From an uncultured Bacilli bacterium (GTDB taxonomy: Bacteria > Bacillota_I > Bacilli_A > RF39 > UBA660), in the NCBI GenBank assembly GCA_934090795.1, contig CAKOJQ010000001.1, positions 90,842 through 122,841 of the forward strand: a stretch of 32,000 nucleotides of DNA, read 5' to 3'. Positions within the stretch are counted from its first letter, which is position 1. Every line of letters starts with the position of its first letter. Under the pieces are notes generated by a model. It was not told the DNA's origin, did no database searches, and worked only from the letters and a program-made list of their open reading frames with translations. The position numbers and the translations under genes are program-made. Shown one piece after another: positions 10,120 through 16,010 of this stretch.

Positions 10120-10371
10120 CTATCCTCTTTCTTTACTTGATATATCAAGTACATATTCTTCTTCTATTAAATCCAACTTATCAATTATCGGATTTATAAT
10201 GTTTGTTGCTTCAACTATTGTATCCAAATCAATTCCATTAACTTTATCTAACACTATTTTTAAGAAATAGTAATTATTTTCATTAACAAAATCAACTGAA
10301 TCAACAATAATATCCATCTTATTCATTGGCTCTGTAATCTCTTTTTTAATAATATCTAACTTTTCTTTCAT
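10120..10371 (-). CDS. rimP: Ribosome maturation factor RimP, N-terminal domain only (short form)
   Basis: 83 aa directly upstream of nusA, ending ...YVLDISSKERG. The stop falls right at the place where RimP proteins carry the LEVSSPGxxRPL motif. The C-terminal Sm-like domain is absent. Confidence 0.6.
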   Translation of the reverse strand: MKEKLDIIKKEITEPMNKMDIIVDSVDFVNENNYYFLKIVLDKVNGIDLDTIVEATNIINPIIDKLDLIEEEYVLDISSKERG

Positions 10372-10392
10372 ATGCCTCCTAAATATTAATAA

Positions 10393-10414
10393 AAGTGGGA
10401 TATAAAGCCCACTT
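10393..10414 (-). terminator. Rho-independent terminator downstream of yafQ and upstream of rimP
   Basis: In minus sense AAGTGGG-CTTTATAT-CCCACTT is followed by TTATTAATATTT. The rimP SD (AGGAGG) comes next. Confidence 0.5.
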
Positions 10415-10520
10415 AAATCTGTAACAACTATATTTTAACACTTATTTACTTATATTGTAAAGGAAAAGTTTTTTACAACATCTATCTCAATTCTCAAAAA
10501 TAAGGTTTTATATTTCCTTA

Positions 10521-10814
10521 TCATTTGAAAATCTCACTATGACTACCCGTTGCTACTAACAAAAGGTTAAGTCTATTATCTTCATATTGATAAACTAATA
10601 GCCAATCTGGTTCTATATGACACTCTCTACAATTCATATAATATTTATCGTTTATTAATTTATGGTCTTTATATTTCGGCTCTAATTCTTCCCGTTTTGC
10701 CAATTTATCAATTACATAATCTATTTTATCTAAGTCTTTTCCTTGTTTTGATACCTTTTTATATTGCTTTTTAAAGTTGCTTGATAAAACTAAAATGCAT
10801 TTTTCGCTAGTCAT
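10521..10814 (-). CDS. yafQ: Type II toxin, YafQ/RelE family mRNA interferase
   Basis: KYKDHKLINDKYYMNCRECHIEPDWLLVYQYEDNRLNLLLVATGSHSEIF matches the YafQ pattern (KDH.L......R.CH..PDWLL.Y......L...RTGSHS.LF). It overlaps the antitoxin gene by 8 nt. Confidence 0.85.
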   Translation of the reverse strand: MTSEKCILVLSSNFKKQYKKVSKQGKDLDKIDYVIDKLAKREELEPKYKDHKLINDKYYMNCRECHIEPDWLLVYQYEDNRLNLLLVATGSHSEIFK

Positions 10815-11091
10815 TTATTAGAGCCTTTCTTAACGCTTTAACGTCTTTGTAACTTTCTAGTTCTACTTTACCATTTTTATAATCTTCTATTTCTTGTAAA
10901 GCTTCTAATAATTCTTTACTTGGTCTAGGATTAACCACCTCAAAAGGTACACCATCTTTATTAATTAATTGTTTTATTGCCATATTAACGTATGTACTCA
11001 TATTTAACCCTAAATTACTTAAAATACCAGTTGCTAGTTCTTTGTCTTTTCTATCTACTTGTACGCTTATAGCCGTTGTTAAACTTTCCAT
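10807..11091 (-). CDS. dinJ: Type II antitoxin, RelB/DinJ family
   Basis: ISVQVDRKDKELATGILSNLGLNMSTYVNMAIKQLINKDGVPFEV has a DinJ-like ribbon-helix-helix N-terminus. It lies immediately upstream of the toxin and overlaps it. Confidence 0.8.
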   Translation of the reverse strand: MESLTTAISVQVDRKDKELATGILSNLGLNMSTYVNMAIKQLINKDGVPFEVVNPRPSKELLEALQEIEDYKNGKVELESYKDVKALRKALIND

Positions 11092-11466
11092 AATAACACC
11101 TCTTTCATAATTAAAATAATATCATAGTTTATATAAAATATCAAGTTATTATATGTGTAATATATTATATTTTATATAAATCTAATATATATTATGTTTT
11201 GATAGCAAAAAAATATACATAAAAAGATAAGTAGTTAAATTATTTTGCTTGTCTTTATCTATATAAACACATTATATGGTGGTCTTATGTTTGTATCTTG
11301 GTATAAAGTTGTTAATATCTATATCTTATCTAATAAACTAAGAATCAAAAAATTAAAATATTAACGTAACATTAATATTAGAAAAAAATATTTATCAGAA
11401 CAAGACATAAAATATGGATAATATAAAAATCATAAAATAGTATTAAAAAATACGTTTTTAATTTGA

Positions 11467-12555
11467 CTAGTCGCAAGCGACAAATCTAAATTTTTCTAAA
11501 TATTTTATATTATTATAACAATTGCCTAAACTTAAATAAGCCTTAAAACATGTAATAGAACAATTTATATCATTAATGTTAATATTTTTATTAATCATTT
11601 TTCTTAACTTTCTTCTTTGTCTATATATAGTTTTTCTACTTGATATTAAATATATTTTTCCATTATTAAGTAATTTATAGTTCCATTTACAAAACATAAA
11701 TGAATTAGTAATAGAAATTATTTTAGTTTTATTTAAATTAATTTTTATATGTAATTTATCAGCAATAATTTTATAATTATTCAAAACATTTAAAGCCTCA
11801 TCATAAGTTATACAAAATAAGATACTATCATCCATGTAACGAATTATGGGAACATTTTTATTAATAATAAATTTATCTAGTTCATTAGGATACATTAATG
11901 CTTCTCTTTGAGCTATTTCAATACCAAGTCCTAAACCATCACCTATAAATAAATAATCTTCAATAATTTTTATTGTATTTTGATTTTTGATATATTTATT
12001 GTGAATCTCATGAATTACATCATGATTACAACTTTCAAAAAATTTACTATAATCTATTATCACTACATAACCATTTAAACCATATTTATTAAACCATTTT
12101 CTTAATATGGTTTTAACTCTTTTTATACTAAAACTAAATCCTTTATTTATTGTACTTGCACCATTATCATAAATTAATTTACTATCATATAACGGTATTA
12201 ATATCTCATTTGATATAACTTTATGTATTAATCGATCTTTAATATGTGGTGCATCAATGTTTCTTTCTTTTCCTCTTTCATTAATTTTAAACTTATATGT
12301 TTTATTAACAGTATAAGTATTATTTTTTATATTAGTACAAGTACTACCAACAATTGAAAACATATGTAATTTAAAATTTATAGTAGACTTTTTATATCCT
12401 ACATTTCTAGTACATTTTTTAGCATAATTATATACCTTATTAAAGGTAAAACATTTATTAACATCATCATAATTATTACTATTGATAATTAATTTATCTT
12501 CTCTTTTCTCTTTTCTTCTTTGATATCTTAATTCTTTTCTTTCTAAACTATTCAT
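11467..12555 (-). CDS. DGR-type reverse transcriptase
   Basis: 362 aa with RT motifs in order: IDAPHIKDRLIHKVI, VVIIDYSKFFESCNHD, GLGLGIEIAQREALMYPNELD, IIRYMDDSILFC (YMDD catalytic box) and LHIKINLNKTKI. It sits 257 nt downstream of the TR on the same strand. SD AAAGGA lies 5 nt before the ATG. Confidence 0.9.
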   Translation of the reverse strand: MNSLERKELRYQRRKEKREDKLIINSNNYDDVNKCFTFNKVYNYAKKCTRNVGYKKSTINFKLHMFSIVGSTCTNIKNNTYTVNKTYKFKINERGKERNIDAPHIKDRLIHKVISNEILIPLYDSKLIYDNGASTINKGFSFSIKRVKTILRKWFNKYGLNGYVVIIDYSKFFESCNHDVIHEIHNKYIKNQNTIKIIEDYLFIGDGLGLGIEIAQREALMYPNELDKFIINKNVPIIRYMDDSILFCITYDEALNVLNNYKIIADKLHIKINLNKTKIISITNSFMFCKWNYKLLNNGKIYLISSRKTIYRQRRKLRKMINKNININDINCSITCFKAYLSLGNCYNNIKYLEKFRFVACD

Positions 12556-12567
12556 TTAATTCCTTTC

Positions 12568-12593
12568 AAAAAAAATCTGATGTACTACATCAG
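12568..12593 (-). terminator. Terminator-like hairpin plus U8 tract just upstream of the RT start
   Basis: In minus sense CTGATGTAGTACATCAG (arms CTGATGT/ACATCAG) is followed by A then TTTTTTTT, then GAAAGGAATTAA-ATG of the RT. Confidence 0.45.
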
Positions 12594-12743
12594 GTAAATA
12601 TTTACAATAGATGAAAAATAAGTAGTCATATATACATCCATGTAATTTATTAAATATTTAAATATAAACCATGCAAGAAGCGTCCGGATGCTATAACCAT
12701 CAGATAAATTTAGAAGTATGATACTTCAAGGATAAACTAATCC

Positions 12744-12760
12744 TTTCCTATTTCAAAAGT
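12744..12760 (-). repeat. 17-nt direct repeat flanking the TR, RT-proximal copy
   Basis: TTTCCTATTTCAAAAGT on the plus strand, identical to 12983-12999. It lies 52 nt from the TR edge. Confidence 0.7.
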
Positions 12761-12812
12761 AGCACTAAAGAGTTAATTAAAACATCTTCCCATCACTTGT
12801 TCCACTAAAAGA

Positions 12813-12928
12813 GGAAATCTGGCGCGAAACCATTGTTGTTATTAGCATTATTATTGTTGACGTTACCGTTGTTATTCACATTTAAGAAATTATTGTTATT
12901 ATTGGAATTAGCCGCGCGAAGCCACCAC
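12813..12928 (-). repeat. DGR template repeat (TR)
   Basis: In sense (minus) orientation: TGGTGGCTTCGCGCGGCT AAT TCC AAT AAT AAC AAT AAT TTC TTA AAT GTG AAT AAC AAC GGT AAC GTC AAC AAT AAT AAT GCT AAT AAC AAC AAT GGTTTCGCGCCAGATTTCC. It has 19 AAY codons, is non-coding, and aligns without gaps to 14286-14401 (offset 1473). Confidence 0.93.
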
Positions 12929-12982
12929 GAAAATAAAAACATTAATAACTAAAACTAAGGCTTACTCGTAATATACATTAGT

Positions 12983-12999
12983 TTTCCTATTTCAAAAGT
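12983..12999 (-). repeat. 17-nt direct repeat flanking the TR, accessory-gene-proximal copy
   Basis: TTTCCTATTTCAAAAGT on the plus strand, identical to 12744-12760. It lies 54 nt from the TR edge and covers the last codons and the TGA stop of the 12992-13540 ORF. Confidence 0.7.
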
Positions 13000-13540
13000 T
13001 TTCAAAAATTATTTTTTTGACAAACTTAGAAACCAATAAATCAATTATTTGATCATCATCTATATCTTTATCATTTATTTTCTTTAATTTTTTATTATCA
13101 CTTTCTAAAACCCCTTTTAATAATTTATATTGTTTATCATAAAGACTACCCAATATTTCTAATCTCTTATCAAGCATTTCTCTAGCTTCTGTTGTTGTAT
13201 ATGATTTACCATTTTTTCTCCCAAAACAATTTTTAGGATTGGTATATAACACCTCTACCATATCAGTTAATTTTTTATTTAATATATCTAAACAACTTTT
13301 AGATAGTAAAATAAACACTCTTCTAAGTAATATATCTTCATATCTTGTTGGATTAATACTATTAGCCATAGATACTAACTCAGCTTGTTTACACACATAC
13401 TTTTCGATCGGTATTATATAAATATTAGTCCATTTTTTATTTAGTTTAGAAGATAATCTTAATGTTTCAACTTGAATTACATAAGCATTATCCACATATT
13501 CTAAACCATTTGGCTTTCTTTTGAATTTGGGAATTGACAT
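12992..13540 (-). CDS. DGR accessory protein 1 (occupies the Avd position; basic, probably helical; family unverified)
   Basis: 182-aa ORF between the target gene and the TR, Lys-rich. It aligns without gaps over at least 56 aa to the adjacent ORF (NIYxIP...Y..K...YEDI...LS..CL..L..K..DM). Confidence 0.6.
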   Translation of the reverse strand: MSIPKFKRKPNGLEYVDNAYVIQVETLRLSSKLNKKWTNIYIIPIEKYVCKQAELVSMANSINPTRYEDILLRRVFILLSKSCLDILNKKLTDMVEVLYTNPKNCFGRKNGKSYTTTEAREMLDKRLEILGSLYDKQYKLLKGVLESDNKKLKKINDKDIDDDQIIDLLVSKFVKKIIFENF

Positions 13541-13555
13541 AAAACTTACTCTTTT

Positions 13556-14098
13556 CTAAAACAAAATTTTGATTACTTCTTCACTATAAATATTTAATAT
13601 ATTAGTAATATTAATTTTTTTATTTTTATATCTTAATAATATAAGTTCATTAATTCTTATTAATATATTAATATTTTTAAATATTCTTTTATATAAAGAA
13701 TTAACATAATTATATTTATCTATTAATTCTTTATTATATTTTTTAATATAATTTATTTTTTTATATTTTCTTTTACGACTTATACTTTCATAGTTATCAT
13801 ATATTCTATTAAATTGTAAATCGTACATATCTAAAAATTTATAATATAAAACTTTTAGATAACATCTTGATAGTTTTATCAAAAAATTACAAAATATTAT
13901 ATCTTCATAATTTTTTATTTTATAATTAATTAAATATTTAAATATATTATATTCTTTTACTAAATAATTACTTACAGGTATTTGATAAATGTTTGATTTA
14001 TTTATTTTTAATTTAGATACCAAAAATAACATTTCGCATTTTATATTAAAACTATCTTTATAAACATTTTTTATTAATTTATTATATTTATCTTTCAT
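13556..14098 (-). CDS. DGR accessory protein 2 (divergent tandem paralog of accessory protein 1)
   Basis: 180-aa ORF that stays open through extremely AT-rich DNA, where stops should be frequent. It shares the NIYQIP, YEDI, LSRCYL and FLDM blocks with the 12992-13540 product. I see no obvious SD. Confidence 0.5.
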   Translation of the reverse strand: MKDKYNKLIKNVYKDSFNIKCEMLFLVSKLKINKSNIYQIPVSNYLVKEYNIFKYLINYKIKNYEDIIFCNFLIKLSRCYLKVLYYKFLDMYDLQFNRIYDNYESISRKRKYKKINYIKKYNKELIDKYNYVNSLYKRIFKNINILIRINELILLRYKNKKINITNILNIYSEEVIKILF

Positions 14099-14111
14099 AA
14101 TATTTTATGCA

Positions 14112-14143
14112 CCCATCTGATTTCCTTACGTCAATCAGATGGG
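14112..14143 (-). other. Perfect 11-bp stem-loop just upstream of accessory ORF 2
   Basis: CCCATCTGATT-(10 nt)-AATCAGATGGG. On the plus strand it is followed by a T-rich run. In minus sense it ends 13 nt before the ATG at 14098. Confidence 0.5.
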
Positions 14144-14168
14144 ATTTTATTTTTTTAGTTTATTTTAC

Positions 14169-14209
14169 GGGCCACCTTTTTTACTCACTGTCGTTCGCGG
14201 AGGTGGCCC
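14169..14209 (-). other. GC-rich stem-loop downstream of the VR and target-gene stop
   Basis: GGGCCACCT-(23 nt)-AGGTGGCCC, a 9-bp stem with 7 G-C pairs in otherwise AT-rich DNA. It lies 66 nt past the stop codon and 77 nt past the VR edge. Confidence 0.5.
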
Positions 14210-14274
14210 TTAGGAACCGATATTCCTATCTTTATTTTTATCTATATATTATGCTTTACATATAATTTACATTT

Positions 14275-15681
14275 TTATCCGATGCGGAAAGCTGGCGCGA
14301 AACCAATGTTGCTATAAGCAGAACGATGGGTGACGTTACCGGCGTCACTCACACTAAAGAAAGTAGAGCCACTAGTGGAATAAGCCGCGCGAAGCCACCA
14401 CCAACTGCCGGAACTTGATGTTAGTGTTTTCTTTATGGCTGCAGTATAACTATTTGTTGTTACTTCTTGGTCTTTATAATAATCTAATTGTCTTGTATTA
14501 TTATAAGCTGTATCTCTTGCAGATAATGATGTCGTTGATGGTGATGCATCTTCCCATACTTCATGTCCACTTAATAAATATATTTTATCGGTTGATGTGA
14601 AGTTTGTTTCTCCACTGGTACTTCCATGGCCTGATACTACATTTGTTTTTATTATTACATCTTGTAAATCACTTGGTAATTTCTTTAAGAAATCACCATT
14701 GGCATAAGTTCTCATTGCACTTGCTGGCCATCCATCTACATTCCATCCGTAATTATATTGTGTTCCTTTATACTCTCCTGATGGATTCATGTTTCTATTT
14801 TCTACTATATCTACAAACTCAACAACAAATCCACAAGCCGTCTGGGAAAAGTTTAAGTCATTACATTCTTTTGGTGTTGTGTTATTGGCAACGCGCACTG
14901 TATAATTTTTTCCACCTATTTCTACTTCTTTTTCTGACCCTACTGGATATGCTTCAAGTTGTCCATCTTGTACTACTGCTGCTATTGTTTCCCATGAATC
15001 TGCTGCAAATGTTGTTGGTGTTGGTGGTTCATAATTTACAACTATCTTTCCATTTATAGTAGCACCTTTTTCACTATCTTGATTTAATCCTGTATCAGGA
15101 AATTGAATTATTAAATTAAATTCAATACTTTGTTCATTTTGATTTGCTTTAAATTCTCCAGTAACCATTTCTGTATATTTATTTCCTTTTTTTAATGTTC
15201 CATGAGTATATCCTGTATAAGTATCATTTCCTGGTATTGTTTGATTTAAATAATCTTTTTTTGTTTTACCATCTTCTGGTGTTACTACATAGTTTGCCGT
15301 TACATTTTCATTTGTTGTTGTTCTTTTTATATAGTAATGTATTTGTCCATCACTAAATGTTGATTTATATTTTAGTCCTACTTTATACGGCATCACTAAT
15401 CCATCGCCTGCAGCCATTCCTGTTGCTGTGTTTGTTCCTGTTAATGAGAATGTTTTATTAACAAGAATTTTATCACTTGGTTGAATATTTGTTACAGGTA
15501 ATATATTATCTGTTCCATCATTATAAGTTATTAACATCTTTCCTGTATCAATTGTTGCTTGGGCTGTTGATCCTTGATTGTTAAATGCACTAAAGTATGC
15601 AAATGTGATGCCACCAAAAACAAGTAATATACTTACAATTGTAATAATTATAACCATCGTGACTAATTTGTTTTCTTTCAT
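14275..15681 (-). CDS. DGR target: secreted or surface protein with a SipW/TasA-type signal peptide and a C-terminal WWLR...GFxPxF variable ligand-binding domain (DUF6273-like / C-type-lectin-like)
   Basis: I prefer the ATG at 15681 (MKENKLVTMVIIITIVSILLVFGGITFAYFSA...) because GAGGAAGG lies 9 nt upstream. The track start at 15747 is a TTG that reads through the promoter poly-G. The C-terminus is ...KIYLLSGHEVW...SWWWLRAAYSTSGSTFFSVSDAGNVTHRSAYSNIGFAPAFRIG. The VR covers the last 39 or so codons. Confidence 0.85.
   Translation of the reverse strand: MKENKLVTMVIIITIVSILLVFGGITFAYFSAFNNQGSTAQATIDTGKMLITYNDGTDNILPVTNIQPSDKILVNKTFSLTGTNTATGMAAGDGLVMPYKVGLKYKSTFSDGQIHYYIKRTTTNENVTANYVVTPEDGKTKKDYLNQTIPGNDTYTGYTHGTLKKGNKYTEMVTGEFKANQNEQSIEFNLIIQFPDTGLNQDSEKGATINGKIVVNYEPPTPTTFAADSWETIAAVVQDGQLEAYPVGSEKEVEIGGKNYTVRVANNTTPKECNDLNFSQTACGFVVEFVDIVENRNMNPSGEYKGTQYNYGWNVDGWPASAMRTYANGDFLKKLPSDLQDVIIKTNVVSGHGSTSGETNFTSTDKIYLLSGHEVWEDASPSTTSLSARDTAYNNTRQLDYYKDQEVTTNSYTAAIKKTLTSSSGSWWWLRAAYSTSGSTFFSVSDAGNVTHRSAYSNIGFAPAFRIG
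14286..14401 (-). repeat. DGR variable repeat (VR)
   Basis: Gapless 116-nt alignment to the TR gives 92 identities and 24 mismatches. All mismatches are at plus-strand T in the TR, which is A in the sense strand. 24 of 41 TR adenines are substituted and 0 of 75 other positions. Both ends are identical GC-rich anchors (TGGTGGCTTCGCGCGGCT and GGTTTCGCGCCAG). Confidence 0.93.
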
Positions 15682-15709
15682 ATTTTTCATCCTTCCTCTA
15701 CTATAGAAA

Positions 15710-15740
15710 ATTATACTATTAAAACACCCCCCCCAGTCAA
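15710..15740 (-). promoter_or_regulatory. Sigma-A-type promoter of the DGR target gene with a G8 tract in the spacer
   Basis: In minus sense: TTGACT-GGGGGGGGTGTTTTAATAG-TATAAT, a 19-nt spacer. The -35 is at 15735-15740, the G8 tract at 15727-15734, and the -10 at 15710-15715. Confidence 0.65.
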
Positions 15741-15952
15741 TATTCAATTTTTTTGAATTTATATTTATCTTTGATAATTATAAATTCAAAAAATAAAATA
15801 TATAAAAAATAGAAAGTTTGTGCAAAATGATTTGCATAACTTTTTTTAATTGTGTAAAATAATTTGCAAATTATCGAAAGAATATTAAGACAAAATAAAA
15901 GAAGAGATCCATCATTTGCAAAGCCTTTTCTCTTCCTTCAAAATATTAATAT

Positions 15953-15977
15953 AAAAAAAGGCACATAAGTACCTTTT
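15953..15977 (-). terminator. Probable rho-independent terminator after the acyltransferase pseudogene
   Basis: In minus sense AAAAGGTAC-TTAT-GTGCCTTTT (one mismatch in the stem) is followed by a T run. Confidence 0.45.
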
Positions 15978-16010
15978 AATAAATCAATTAATAATATAAA
16001 ATTAAATTAA

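Larger units (their letters stand above)
12556..12812 (-). ncRNA. Putative DGR RNA spacer (Sp) between TR and RT
   Basis: 257-nt non-coding segment with no ORF, between the TR 3' end and the RT start. It contains palindromes at 12577-12593 and 12713-12727. By analogy with the Bordetella phage BPP-1 system, this region should be part of the template/priming RNA. Confidence 0.5.
11467..15740 (-). mobile_element. Diversity-generating retroelement cassette: promoter, target gene with VR, two accessory ORFs, TR, spacer, RT
   Basis: The gene order matches the canonical target-VR / avd / TR / RT layout. The TR/VR pair shows substitutions only at adenines. Component features are listed separately. 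Confidence 0.9.

Noticed and set aside
11092-11466. Long AT-rich intergenic region downstream of the RT, checked for a second TR, an att site or an integrase remnant
   Set aside because: No similarity to the TR/VR that I could see, no ORF and no GC-rich anchors. It most likely holds the dinJ-yafQ promoter and AT-rich spacer DNA.
11467-11485. GTCGC-AA-GCGAC palindrome at the very 3' end of the RT gene as a terminator
   Set aside because: The 2-nt loop is sterically implausible, no U-tract follows, and it simply encodes the C-terminal residues (…FVACD).
14415-15059. Plus-strand ORFs 14415-14600 and 14604-15059 (Leu/His-rich), antisense to the DGR target gene
   Set aside because: The composition is low-complexity and they lie entirely inside a well-supported minus-strand CDS. 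They have no SD or promoter. They are typical antisense artefacts of a gene rich in certain codons.
15690-15747. Track N-terminus MNIDWGGCFNSIIFYSRGR... of the DGR target (TTG start at 15747)
   Set aside because: This extension is read through the promoter -35, poly-G and -10 elements (WGG comes from the G8 tract) and starts at a TTG without an SD. The ATG at 15681 has a well-spaced GAGGAAGG, and the mature N-terminus then begins with a normal Lys-rich n-region.
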